DNA from: Chrysomallon squamiferum
Lineage: Eukaryota > Animalia > Mollusca
Direction of reading: 5' to 3'
Assembly (NCBI GenBank): GCA_012295275.1
Contig: CM022667.1
Span: 21,514,001 to 21,578,000, forward strand
DNA: 64,000 nt
Shown here: positions 26,179-39,626 of the stretch, one piece after another
How the letters are laid out: each line of letters opens with the position of its first letter
Numbering within the stretch: the stretch's first letter is position 1
Translations under genes and position numbers: made by a program
Notes under the pieces: generated by a model
The model's database searches: none
What the model was told of the DNA's origin: nothing
What the model saw: the letters and a program-made list of their open reading frames with translations, nothing else

Positions 26179-29100
26179 GTAAGTACAAAATGGAGTCTGC
26201 TACAATGACCTGTGAACAAGTGCTTGAACATTATTTTATAAAAAAATGTATTTAAAATTATTACTACTGGCCATTATGTCATAATGAATGATTCAAGCTT
26301 TTTATTGATTTGACGTGTATAATGACAAAACTTCTATTTCATCACCAAATCAGCTTTTTGTTTAAAAATCCAGATTTTTAGATATAGAATCTGTTATGAT
26401 AAAAATGTAATTTTTTTCAACATTTCGTTAGATTTTAATAATATTTCCTTTTGATTAAAAGATGGGCTCAACAATATTACAACCATCATTATTCTTTTTT
26501 CATTAAGTCGACTAAGCTTTAATTAACTAGTGATTTTAAGAAAAAAACACAGCTATCATAATACAGTTTCTTATTTCAGCCACCAGAGGGTTTTCAGATC
26601 TGAAGCAAAGGCATTATGGGAACTGAAGCATCCATCAGTTGTACGTCTGCTTGGATTAATAATGGAAGAAAACAATTACTCACTGGTTTTGGAGTACATG
26701 CATTTTGGAAGTCTGTCATCATTCCGCACAGACTTTAGAGTTGTCAGCTGGTCTGTTATTGTCAGCATCATCCGAGACGTGGTGCATGGAATGGATTTCT
26801 TACATTCTCTAGTTCCTCCTATTCTTCACCTAGACATGAAGTCTGATAACATTCTGATAAACAGGAAAATCAGAGCCAAAGTTAGTTGCATTAGTAAACA
26901 AATATTTCAGTGAATTCCAGTGTAGCAGTGGTCAGTCTTGTCTGTTAAGCACATATGACGAATTAGCCATTAAAGAATTAGTGAAGTAAAATAAGAAAAA
27001 AAAAGGATGTCTCTCGCAGACACGACAAGAACTGTGAATTACTGCAACAAAACTGATGATTATTATTATTATTACTTCTGAATGAAAGATGGTAAAGATC
27101 AAATAAAAATAAGACAGTATGAGTTATTTGAAACATTTTAGAATATTTTATAGTTCAGTAAACATATAAAATTATATTTGTTTATTTCTTTTTCAGATAA
27201 CTGATTTTGGTTTGGCTCAGTGGAAGACAATGACTCGCACAATCACTCAAAGTCAGAGGAGTACAGAAAGTGTTGGTAGAAATGGGACGGTTACTCATGT
27301 ACCTCCAGAGGTGTGGAACAACGTCAACACCCCTCCCAATAAGGCTTATGATATATATGGCTTTGGAATTGTCATCTGGGAGGCAGTTACTGGAAATAGG
27401 CCATTTGGAAGTATGATTATTATTTTTATTATTTTCTTAATTTAGTGTTTTGCAGGTTACATTAAACGGTGATTTTTAATTATTTATTTTTAAGTTTTAT
27501 ATTGAATATTTAATTATATTTTCTTCCTTGCTTATTTAAAATTTATTTTTTTGATTATTTAAAATTTATTTATAAATAAAATGTTATGGACATTTGTAAT
27601 TATTATATAGTTTCATTTTGGCTAGTGATCATATATTTAAACTTGTTAGGTTTAGTTACAGAAAAAAGATATGTATGTCCCTTTCAAACACGGTAATATA
27701 AAACACTTTCAAACACACAAATTAACACTGTTTAATTTTGAAGATACTAGTGATGATATCATCCCAAAGGCAGTTCTCAGTGGCCAGCGCCCAGACATGG
27801 CCCTCATTCCTGGTGACTGTCCACCCAAACTGTCCAAAGTGATGACCCAGTGTTGGAGTCAAAAACCAGATCTCAGACCTGACTTCAGTTGTGAGTATTT
27901 TTTTCAAGACAGAATTCACAGAGTCAGATTAGAAAATAAACATTAATGTAACACTATAGCTAATAAAATTTAAAAAAAACAATAATAAAAGGCCCTTTTA
28001 GAGAAGATTTTGGGGCTTGTTGTTCTATTTGTAAAAGAATGTTATAAAAACTGTGTGTGAAGACTTTTTGAAAATATGTTCTCATTGGGAAGTCTGTTAT
28101 ATCTCAGTTAGAACAGAATAAATAATTAAAATAAATCTATCTAAAAATAGTCAAATTAAATTTTCAGAAGAAAGTGTATGTAAATATTAGTCTGAGTAAA
28201 TTATCATTGGAGTTGTATTTATATTACAAACCCTATTTATTTAATCTGCACCATGTTTTGTGGATTAATTGGTAAAACTTTAAAGTATTTTTTGCTTAAC
28301 AGCAACTACAAGAAACTTTATTTTAATTTTAATTTGATTTTAAATGTTACTTGAGTTTACTGATGAATTTATATTTTAATTTAGTTAACAAAACATTAAC
28401 ATGAAATATCAATTTTTGTTTCAGCATTAAAAGGTGAAATGGATGTTTTGTTCCAGTCCTTTCTCAACATGTTACCAAAAGATCTTCAAGAACTGGAGAA
28501 AGCTATTGAGCAGCTTTATGTAAATAACTTTATAGTGTTTCCATTTTGAGATCTGTCCTGAAGATTATTCTCCATGACAGTTTTTACTAAAAAAAAAATT
28601 CCAAAATAAAACTATATTATCATTGTACAGCATGTTATTATTTTTGCTGTTTCTATTCCTTATAATAAAGAAAATGTTCTGTTGTTTTAATCCTTTTCTG
28701 AATTCTAATTAGATTTTATTATTTTATTTTACTAAAATACTTTGATAATTATTAAATTATTAGTAATGATTTAATGATTCATTGTGTTGAAAATTTCATA
28801 TTCTTACTTATTAGCTACTTTCTTTCTACTGTGTGAATTTCACTGTATGTTTCTGTTCAGCAACCTGAAGATATTGGTGGTGACTCTGTTGAAGCAGATG
28901 TCACAGAGTCACTGTATGATGTTGCAGCAAAACTTCAGGCATCAAGCAATTCTGAAACTTCAGCTGATATTGAAATGGCAGATGTTCAAACTACCATTGC
29001 TTCATCAGCCAATCTAAACACTTTGACTACAACATCAACCAGTCAGAATACTTCTACTTCTAATCAGGACACTACAGCTACAACAAGTGGCACTCAAAAT

Positions 29101-29761
29101 GTTTCTTCAAGCACATCCAGATCAGATTCTTCAGTGATATCTGAAGAACAAAAGGAAATTGCAAAGAGAGTTTTGAAAGACCCAATAGCCATGTTGCTAA
29201 TGCAAAGAGATCCATCATTATGTCACACTCTCTACAAAATTATTCTTCCAACACAGAGGCTACTGAAAAGTCCTGGAATCATAATAAAATTGATGGAAGA
29301 AGACCCACAGTTCAAACTGGATTTGATGAGAAAAGGTAATGAATATATGTGTTGGTTGTTTAGCCCTCTGGAAATGAAAGATGCTATACGAAGAAAGAGA
29401 CCACATCACATCCTCAAACCAGAAATAGCACAGAAAATGAAGAATCTGAGACTAGAAAGAGAAAAGAAAGATGAAGAAAAGATTAAAGCACAGCATCGAT
29501 CGTTACCATCATTTACGATGGGATTCCACGGTCCAGACAGAAATAAGAGGTCATTTGGATACAGAAGGTGGGTAAATTTAGAATTACATTAATGGTTTTC
29601 TCTTTTTGTTGTTGTCATTTTTGTGCGTTGTGTGTGTGTGGGTGTTTCTTTTGTGGTGCACTTACTTAAAACACTTTTTTTTCTATTTATCATTGAGAAT
29701 AGTACGTGGAGTAATGCTTGTAATAAAAGAAGAAACAGGTGGCTGAAGACACATACTATAT

Positions 29762-29793
<32 letters not shown>

Positions 29794-31603
29794 GGTGGGT
29801 GTACATCAAACACAAGTGTCTGTTGTCCTGCATTCATGAAAAACCTTTGTTTTATTTCCAGGCCTCCAGAATCAATAAATGATCTTGATGATGATGCTCA
29901 GCTGTCCTTGTTTGGACAACTGGGATATAAAATGGTGAAAGCATTCTATAACTCGAAACTAAAGAGCTATGTTTTTGGTGAAAATCGGTCTTCGATGATT
30001 GTTCCAATTGACCAGGAGGTGCTGGGTGTGCTTCGTAACCCTGACAGATTTCTCATGTTACTTGAACAAAACCCACTGCTGAGGGAAAAACTGATGAGTA
30101 TTGACAGTGAAGTTGTCATGAAAATTATCAGTCATGCCCAAATTCATAGTCGCAAAATGTATGGCAGTAGCCCACTGAGGTAAATAATATTAATTTAAAA
30201 TGTATTTATAATCAGAATATTGTTACATTTGCTTCTGTAGCAGGAACAGTTAGTAAGGAGAAGATTTCATAGTGGAATATAGTTATATGTCACTGAGAAT
30301 AAATTTGAAGATATTTCACTTTATTAATTCTTCTTTATTTAACTTTCACAGGAATCTACATCAACTTGTTCTTTGAAGTACATTTTTTAATACATACTTT
30401 TCATTATAATTTTTAGAAATTTTGGTCTATGATAATCTGATTCCATGTTTTAACATAAAGAATTGTTTTATACAGAGAAGCAATGATGATGATGAGTCCT
30501 TTTGATATGGATGAGGATGAAGAATACCACATGATGGATTTTATGGATGGTAAAAATCACTATATATGGTCATCCATTTCTGAAAAATTTAAGATTAATG
30601 ACCTTACAGAAGACTTCACAAAACAATTAAAACAAAGATATTTATTTTTTATTTATTTTTAATGTAGTTTCACTTATTTCTGTGACATTACAGGAAGTAT
30701 AAAACAAAATGAAAACCTAAATATAACTTATAAGTTTATTTGCAGTAAACATTTGCAGTTAATGCAAAGATTCATTTGTTCATTGACACTGTTCGGTAAT
30801 CTTCTTTTTTTAAATATAGATATATATAAAATTAAATAAAAATTGACTAATAATTTTTTAATCTTATTAATTTTTTTTTTTTTTAATCATAAATCTGAAG
30901 AATTTGAAATGAAAATAACATGAGAGATGAGACAGTAAGGTGTTTGTTACAGACAGAGAAGACCTAGAAGACCGCATGTTGTTTATGCGAAGGCAGCGTA
31001 CCCCTGAATCCATGACAGCAATGCTGGAGCTCTTGGTTCATGGTCGTCCATCTAGAAACAAATCTGATTTGGTAGGTGAAAGGCAAAAACATCTATCCAA
31101 GCAGGCATCATCGTCTGCAACTACTGCTACTAAGAGTGCTACTACTGCATCAGTGAAGACCTCAGCAATTGCAGATAGTAAAACATCAACAAGCACAACT
31201 GCAAGTAAATCATCTTCTGCAGCAGGAAAAAGAAAAACTTCAGAATTAAAAGAAAAACAGTATATGAAAACAGCTGATGACACAAGCAAGTCAGGCACAG
31301 AAAAAAAAGCAAATACTAAAGAGGTATAAATAAGTTATTTTGAAAATTACATTTCTGAGTTACATTTCTGAGTTACATTTCTGAGTTACATTTCTATGTT
31401 ACCTCCTGACCAGCTAACTGAAGAGCACTAAGATGACATGCAGTTTTTTTCTTGTTTTTTAATAATATAAATTTTAAACTGAAGAGATATTTTATGCTTT
31501 TAGAAGCTTTATGCATCACAGAAACTTTGTCTGAATAATTTGTCAAAACTATTATGTGTTATATTAATTTTGGTTTATTTTGCCCACAGATTTCATAAAC
31601 TAT

Positions 31604-31634
<31 letters not shown>

Positions 31635-32327
31635 ACTATATGTATTTTATCTTTTTTGTTAGTATAATTATTATTTTTTTTTTTTTTACCTTTTCTGCAG
31701 GAACATGTTTTATTAATCTGTTAATTAGACATCAATGTAATGACAATTGCTGATTACAGCTACTACAAAAGTTAGTTTTGTCACTACCAAAACTCTTGCT
31801 TCTCCTAATGTAAACATTAGTAGACATTGCTAATTCTGTTATAATGTAACTGTTGTTTGACATTTTATTTATGTTCGGACAATTAATATTTTAGAAGAAT
31901 CAAAAAGAAGTTCTGAAAGCTCCTGTTCAGAGACAAACAACAACACAGCCGTGAGTTTAAAATAAAATAAAATAAAGACTGTTACATAGCATGTGTCTTA
32001 ACATAGCTCCTTCAAACTGACAAGTCCAACAAATATCTAGTTTCACTAATTTAACTAATTTAAAAAAAAACAAAAAAGATATTTTTATTATATAAAATAC
32101 ATTTCCAGTAAATTTGTATTAAAATAAATATTTTTTAATGTTATTTTTTAACATTAAAATGATTAATAATAAATTAAGCATTATAAACTAAATCATTTGC
32201 ATATAATATATAGTAAACCAGAAAATCCAGAAATCTGGCATCTCTCCAGTCCCAAGTGCGCCAGACAGGTACCCTGTGTGTGTGTATGTATACATATATG
32301 TGCAAACAGTTTAATTTATAATTCTTG

Positions 32328-32380
<53 letters not shown>

Positions 32381-34260
32381 ACACAGTTATACACATGGAC
32401 AGACACACACAGAGACACACACATTCAAATGTGCTATCTCTGGAATCAGTTTTTAGAAGAAACATTTCATTTTTTTTTCAGTCTTTCCACTGTATTTCCT
32501 CCAGATCTGGCAGCTAAAGAAATGAGTATGTTTTTGTTTTTATGGAGTAAATCAAAATAATCAAGTTAAAATAATAACTGTTTATAAAATTTTAACAGAG
32601 ATAACATAACTTTACAAAAAACAATAGAATGCCTTAAAATATTTTACATTGTGTGTGTAAATGTACTAAGTTATCTATATTTATTATTAAATTAAGACAA
32701 GTATATCTTTATTTTAGATAATTAGCAACTTAAATGTTGAAGTTTTAGTTATTTGATTTATTCCATTAAATAGTTTGAATCATTGTTATGTGATATATCA
32801 TTTTGAGAATGTTATTTTCATTTACGTTAATAACTGTTTATAATTTATTCTCCCGTGAAAATGTATTAAAAGGAAATAAAAGTACAAAAAATTCCGTTAT
32901 CATAAATTCAAAAATGGCAAAACAAATATCTCTCTTTCATTAAAATAAATAAGTGAATATTTTTTGTTATTTGTTATTTGAAATTTTTTCAATAATTTAA
33001 ATACATTTCTAATAACACTTAAAGACATTACCTGTAGGTGCTATGAAACTACAGTTATTTACAAAATTAGTTTCATTTGTATTATTATTATATTTTTCTA
33101 ACGCAGCCATTTAAAAAGAATAATAAACTGAACAAATTTCAGGCACATCTTCACAAAACACTGATGGTTCTGAAGTGGCTGCAGCTGCTGTCAGTGGCAG
33201 CAGCAAAAACCAGAAGAAATCAGAAAAAGAAAGTAAAGGAAAGAATAAAATAAAATTACCTTACCATATTAATGACAGTGACACAGATGATGACTTGGAC
33301 AATCATGATGACGATGATGATTATGATAATGATGATGACAGTGATTTATATTTTAAATTGGATGATAATGTGGTAAGTGAATGATCATTTTTTTCATTGT
33401 CTCTTAAATGTGTTACTCCTCAGTGAATCTGCTCCAGTCAGATCTCCATGACTGACTATTTGAGTTGTATCATTTATAAAACTGCACCCAGTGTATATTG
33501 TTATTCACTTTTTTCTGATGATGTGATTTCAATAAAAAATTTCTAGCATGAAATGAGTTATATATAGATCAAAATTCAAATATTTCCTGAAAAGGAATCT
33601 TAATAGCTGAAGTATTGAATGAACAGATGATAAGTTTATTTTTTGTTTTCCACAGAACACTGAAGAACCAGAGACAAGGAATTCAGGTACAGTATTGACA
33701 GTAATTTCAGGTAAAACATAAAATAGTATATAGTAACAACATTACGTTTTAAATTAAATTTCAGTGAAGTTAAAAGTGATAGAATAATGACACACAGAAT
33801 ACAGATTTTAAAAATAGATCATGTAAAAATATTAATATTATGTCAGTACAAGTAAAACAAGGAAGTTTTATCAAAAATTATTTTTATGCTTATCGTGTTC
33901 TGTACTGAACACCTTATTTAATTTTTTTAATACTATAATGTTAATACTTTGCAGTTTATTTCACATACAACCCAGATAGATCTAATTTCAGAATTATAAA
34001 TTTTATATTAAAAAGCAATCAAGTAAATTAATAAACATTTTCTTTGTCATTAGCAGGATCAAATACTTTTTTTTAAATCATTAGAATACTTGTCTTTATC
34101 TGCCAGGTTTACAGGATTGTGATACTTGTTATAAGTTTGAATAATGTGATGCCTGCCTGCAATAATACAATAATATATAAATTTCATATATTAAATTAAA
34201 GAATGTTCTTCTTTGTTCTCTTTAATTCAATTCAGTCTTTGTTCTGTTTCCATTTATATT

Positions 34261-34292
<32 letters not shown>

Positions 34293-35017
34293 CATTGCTC
34301 ACTAAAACATATAGAATATTTTAAAACAAGTGACATTTTACATTCAGGATCACATGGTGCTGAAGCCAGTGGTAATGCTGCTGATGTCACAGAGACTGGT
34401 AATTCTAACTCGATTGTTGTCAGTGTTGGAAAACGTGGATCAAACCGTGAATCGTTTACTGATTCAAAAAAAATTAAGAAGAATGGAACTAACTGTAATA
34501 AACATGAAAATAAAATTTAATTTATAGCATATTATTATTTTCAGATTTTATTAATTTTAATTTCTTTTCATTACACTAAGTAATGATTAATAAATTATTT
34601 TAATATTGTCGTTTGATAGGTGTATTAATGTCATTAATATTTGAAATAAAACATAACTGAAGATTATTCTTGGTGTTAGTGGTCATTATATATTATTATT
34701 AATAATGATGATGTTCTAAAAACATTCACTTTTTAGTATAAATTATCATGAAAGCGTTTTTCAGTTTAATTCTTACACACAGTAAGTTGTTATTTTAAGC
34801 ACTTAAAATATAAAAATATCAATTACAATTTGTCTAAATATCATTAGTTTATTTTAGTGGATTTCAATTAATATTAATACATATGATAGTGTATAACTAT
34901 AGATGAAACAAAAACATTTTAAATTGAAACATTTCTTTTAATTAAAATAACTTTTGTTTTTCAGCTAAATGTGACAAGTCCCAGGACAAAGATGAGAAAA
35001 GTGATAAAAATAAGTGA
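25994..35017 (+). CDS. RIPK-like (receptor-interacting/ANKK1-type, TKL group) Ser/Thr kinase, ~958 aa. Coding exons 25994-26178, 26580-26880, 27197-27410, 27744-27890, 28425-28519, 28861-29567, 29862-30179, 30476-30549, 30953-31323, 31895-31950, 32482-32525, 33143-33372, 33656-33686, 34348-34398, 34965-35017
   Basis: All junctions are GT-AG and phase-consistent. Kinase motifs: GRGGYG, VAIK, HLDMKSDN, ITDFG, GTVTHVPPE, DIYGFGIVIWE, GQRPD and CWSQKPDLRP. Exons after 31323 are low-complexity and less certain. Confidence 0.85.
26580..26880 (+). CDS. Kinase coding exon 2 (alphaC to catalytic loop)
   Basis: SEAKALWELKHPSVVRLLG...HLDMKSDNIL; AG/GT boundaries in phase. Confidence 0.95.
27197..27410 (+). 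CDS. Kinase coding exon 3 (DFG to subdomain IX)
   Basis: ITDFGLAQWK...GTVTHVPPE...YDIYGFGIVIWE. Confidence 0.95.
27744..27890 (+). CDS. Kinase coding exon 4 (subdomains X-XI)
   Basis: GQRPDMALIPGDCP...CWSQKPDLRPDF; donor GTGAGT. Confidence 0.93.
28425..28519 (+). CDS. Kinase coding exon 5
   Basis: SLKGEMDVLFQSFLNMLPKDLQELEKAIEQLY; phase 1 in, phase 0 out, fitting both neighbours. Confidence 0.85.
28861..29567 (+). CDS. Kinase coding exon 6 (S/T-rich linker plus STI1-like helical repeats)
   Basis: 707-nt open exon overlapping ORF 28975-29592; acceptor ttcag, donor AG|GTGGGT. Confidence 0.88.
29862..30179 (+). CDS. Kinase coding exon 7 (third STI1-like repeat)
   Basis: PPESINDL...VLRNPDRFLMLLEQNPLLREKLM; phase 2 at both ends. 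Confidence 0.88.
30476..30549 (+). CDS. Kinase coding exon 8 (Met/acidic-rich)
   Basis: EAMMMMSPFDMDEDEEYHMMDFMD; phase 2 in, phase 1 out. Confidence 0.8.
30953..31323 (+). CDS. Kinase coding exon 9 (S/T/K-rich)
   Basis: Matches ORF 30940-31329; acceptor ttacag, donor GAG|GTATAA. Confidence 0.82.
31347..31403. repeat. 13-bp tandem repeat (TTACATTTCTGAG) x4
   Basis: Seen directly, just downstream of the exon 9 donor. Confidence 0.85.
33143..33372 (+). CDS. Kinase gene exon with a basic patch followed by a poly-Asp tract
   Basis: STSSQNTDGSEV...DDDDDYDNDDD; donor GTG|GTAAGT. Confidence 0.8.
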
Positions 35018-36398
35018 ATGTTTAGATTTCAGTATCCATACACAGACTGCTAACATTATGTTAATTAGCTTTTTGTAAGAGCATTGTAATAAAACTGAAT
35101 TATATCACAGTACTATGCTTTTATGAAATTGTGGAACTATGAAACATTTACAAAATCTGGTTTTTATATTCACAAAGAAATTAGTTGATATGCCAAGACA
35201 TGGTGCATGAAAATAAAATAAAAATTTAGCTGTGCTTAACTATCATGTATCAAATACATTTTTGTTGTATATAATGTAACTATTGTAATGTCAGTGAATG
35301 TTTGTTTTGTTTTTAAATATACTAGTTAACGTATTTTAAGAATTTATTTAAAAGTACCTTTTTAAAGTTGAATATTCAAGTTTGTTCTTTGGTGGGTTTT
35401 TTCTTAGATGTGCTTATATTATCATTGGTTTAAAAATAGAAAATATCACCAGCATTAAACACATTGAAACAACTGTTTGCAGAACATGATCTTTTAGTTT
35501 TTGTTTATCATGATGTTGTATGCTTACTAGATTGGTGTATTTATTATAAATCAATAAAGAATTGAATTTCCTTTAGTTGAATATCATAATTTTTTGTTTA
35601 ACAGACAATTCAAAGAACTGACAGATCAACAGATATACAAGAACTGTACAAAGTGTTGATGCAAAATTCTGTAAAAGACAGAAGACCAAATTTTATATTG
35701 CTTTCACTGAATGGTGTATATGGGATATCTTCAGTACATTATTGTTCATTTCCCTTTTTCTGTGTGTGTGTGTGTGTTGTGAGAGAGACTTAATGTTCAT
35801 ATTTCAAATGTGTATTTCGTATACATTTTCATTCCAAATTATCTTGTTACCTTTTTAAAAGTAATACTGAATTTTATATATTAATTACTAATATAAGTAT
35901 GTATTCTTGATTTATTGTGTTATCATTCTTTTTGTTGGTTTTTCTAGACCTAATGTTTTATATATTTAGTATTTTTGTTTCAATTTAATTTTGTTAACTT
36001 TAAGAGTCTAAGTGATTTCTAATATTTTATTTATTTTCTTCTTTTTTTTTTTTTAACATTTGTATGAAGTATTTTTGATAATTAAAAGAACTAAACTCAT
36101 TATTTATGGTTTTCTATAATTATTTAAAAAAAATTGAGTTTGTGCTATACTTCGAAGTTTCCATTCACAACTTTACCTTCCACATCTCAGGGTCTTTCAA
36201 CAGCAATGTTAAAAAGCTTTGATAATAACCACTAGTCACAAAACAGTACACAAAGTATCCTTTTATTTAACACATCTAAGCTCACAAATAAAAAAAAAAA
36301 AAAATTAATAATTAACATTTAATTAATACCATTAATTTTGCAATAAAAGAATTTTTTTTAAATAATATAAAATTATCATAAAATAAAAATAGAACCAC

Positions 36399-36429
<31 letters not shown>

Positions 36430-36669
36430 AAATAAAAACTATGAGTTATATATATAAGTGGACAACGGAAAAACAGTTTATTTTAAAAGAAATTTGATGG
36501 ACTTCGCTCTTCGTGGCAAGAATAAGAAATAAAAAAAAAATAAAAAGAAAGAAAAAAAGGTATTAACATCCGCCGGATGTTTGTGGTTGCCAAGAGTATC
36601 TGTCAGGGATTGGAGAATTTTACAAGAAAGAAGTTTGACTTTTAGGCCATTTCAACCTAAAATTCCGAC

Positions 36670-39626
36670 ATGACCAAGGAATCAGTTGATGATGCTACAT
36701 TTAGCCAGCTTCTCGACAGTATCGGTCAGGTAATTTAATCACATATCCGAAATTACTTGTTTCTTTATTTTGTTTTTTGTGATCATTATTTGATCTATTA
36801 TCGGTATGTACCTATTTTCGAGAACGTTTCGTTTTCTTAACATTACACAAATTTAAAAGAAGATAATTTGTTTATTATTATGAGATACTTAACTTTTGAA
36901 ATTAATATAAATTAACTTTTGATTATTTTGAAAGTTTTGTTCAATTTTTTTTTTTATTATTATTATTTTTTATATATTATTTTATATTTGTCTGTATTTT
37001 TAAATCAACATATGTACCATAAAATTAACCTTTGAATTCATGATTTTAATATTATTTGTAAAGAAAATACTCCACAATATATTTCAGGAAACTGACCATA
37101 CAGAGAACAAACTGAAAATAATTTACAACTTTAAAGGATTTCTTGATGCTTGTCAGGTAAACTGTTTAAACTGCAACAATAATCAGATACATTTTTTGTA
37201 ATTAGTAAATTATTGCTGAATTATTGTATTTTGATTCATAGCTGCATTTCTTGTTGTTGTTGTTACTATTACTCTTTTTATCTCCCTTTTTCTTTGAGTG
37301 TATTCCATAAAGTACTAAAACAAAATATTTGCATCCATATAATCCTTCAAATATTACACAAAACAATCACTTGAATGAATAAAATGCAGTTATGCTGTTT
37401 GTTCTAAACACCATATATTTTTAAAAATAAATAAATTCATCGTTTTATTTATTTATTTGTTTGTTTGTTTTTAATTATTATTATTTATTATTATTGTTAT
37501 TGTTATTATTATTTATAACACATATAATATTTATTTCTTTTATTTATTATCATTCAAAATATTTTTAAAATAATAAGGAAAATATAACTATTAGTATATA
37601 CTCAGTCATGCTATTATTATGGGAAAATATTAATTGAAAAGAAAATAATAAATTTTTTAAATTTTATGTATAAGGCTTCAAAAGTGATTTATGCTCTGGG
37701 GAACCCAGCACACAAAGTGCAGGCTATCCAGATCCTGGAACCAGTAAGTGAAGTTTTGATTATTTTTAGCATATTTACATATCTAATTTGATTCCTTATA
37801 TTTAGTTTGAGATTATATCAGTTATAAAGCAATTCACTTTTTGACGAAAAGATACAAAACCAAAGTTTTCTTCTTTTTAGGAAAATGAAAAAAAAAAAAT
37901 TAGCTATTTACAAAACAGCTATCATAAGAAAATAATAAATCAAAAAAAAAAAGTAACATCCAATGCAATTATAACTTCTTTTTTGTTTGTTTGTAGTTTG
38001 CTGTAAATAATGATTATATTAATAGCAATGATTGAGTACTAGTTGAAGTATAATAGAAGCATAGTTGTATTTGTTTCATTAGCATCAAATAATAAAATAG
38101 TAACAGGAAGTTTAAATAATTTTAAATATTATAAATAAAAATGAATAGTTAATTTATTAAAGTAACTTGTACTAAAAGGAGAAATAATACAACATAACTA
38201 CAAAATGCAACTTTTCTATGCATTTTAAAATGAATGATAAAAGATTTAACAATTTCACAATTTGTCTCTTCTCTTACACTTTATTTTTATACCAGAGATT
38301 ATGTCGCATGTCTTGTCAGGATGCTAGACACATTTTAGGTGCAATAAATATCCAGCGTGACAGACTGATTGCACTTGATTGTATTAAAAGGTAAGTTCAA
38401 AAATAAGTTATTTTTATATTATGAATAAATAGTTAGTTTTGTTTTTTATAATATGCATGTCTTTTGCACATTAATGAATTATTAGTCATGGTAAATTAAA
38501 ATTAATATGATTTTAAAAAATATTTTTCCTAGAGTTCTGACAGACTGCCAGACGCGACTGGGTGAGGAGTACATTCTCAGCTGTTTTCCTTTTGAAAGTG
38601 ACAAGCACCAGGCTCTTAGAATATTAAGAACGGTAAATTCATTTACCTTAAATACTGAATTATTGTCTTAATTATAAATACTAATACAATGTCACTTATT
38701 AACAAAAGGAATAGATGTTTTTTTGTTAATTGTCTCTGTTAGTTAAATAATTATTAAAGTAAATGTATAATAGAAATTAATATAAATGATTACTTGGTAA
38801 TATTTGCCATATTACTGTTATATAGTTGTAATATTTCTATCTTAAATAAATTTAATATGAACTCTGTGTTTGTGTATTCTAAGACATATTTAAAGTTATG
38901 ACATATAATTTACTTTTAGGTGAGTTCTGATATAGCTGATGTACCAGCTGCTGGAGGACATCAAGGTTATGCTGCACTGGGTTCTCTTTATACACAGGCG
39001 TTTAGCATGATACCTGGCATACCTCCTGTAAGTTACTTTCTGCTACACTTTCTACATCAGTCTCTAACCTACTTTCTCATTTTGTAGGACAAAGTTTTGG
39101 ATTTTACCAGCTTTCTCTGAACAGATTGTGCTGGAGGATCTGCTTGATGTAGAAATGTATTAAATCAGCGTTTTTTATTTTTTAATCACCATAGAATGGA
39201 AAAAAAGTATGTTATTTTCATACCACCAAAATTACCTTTTAAAATGCATTATGAAAGATAATCTCTTCTAAATAATAATTTACTGTTATATTACTTATAT
39301 TTTACTGTTTTTTACTTATGCTTTACTGTTAAATTACTTATAGTTTGTCTGGTTTTTTTATTTAGGAGAGAAGGGCGCCTGATATCCACCCAGCTCCACA
39401 TGAACGTGATACAGTTACCTCCCTTTACCCAGAACATCCATCATATGCATATGCCAAGGATAAGAGTTATGCTGAAGACAGAGGATACCCTGGTCATATC
39501 CCTTATCCAGGCACTTTTGAAACTACCCGCCCATATCCTTCAGGAGCTCCTTACCTGGGTCAGCACAGTGGTGCTCCTGCTCCTACAGGATTTCCTAACT
39601 TGGACAAATGTAGAATTGTGTATTAA
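36670..39626 (+). CDS. DUF4476-family protein resembling the PROSER1 N-terminus, with a Pro/Gly/Tyr-rich tail; 253 aa. Exons 36670-36729, 37088-37156, 37675-37743, 38296-38390, 38533-38632, 38920-39027, 39366-39626
   Basis: Seven GT-AG exons total 762 nt in frame: MTKESVDDATFSQLLDSIGQETDHTENKLKIIYNFKGFLDACQASKVIYALGNPAHKVQAIQILEPRLCRMSCQDARHILGAINIQRDRLIALDCIKRVLTD...FPFESDKHQALRIL...PTGFPNLDKCRIVY*. The family call is from recalled similarity to the PROSER1 N-terminal helical region, not from a search. Confidence 0.85.

Noticed and set aside
32214-32268. Extra kinase exon (tag|TAAACC...CAG|gtaccc)
   Set aside because: At 55 nt it breaks the phase between exons 31895-31950 and 32482-32525 and leads to TAA, and its acceptor is weak. 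It remains possible only as a truncating variant.
39609-39626. CaaX prenylation motif in the DUF4476-like protein
   Set aside because: The C-terminus is CRIVY, so Cys is fifth from the end rather than fourth.
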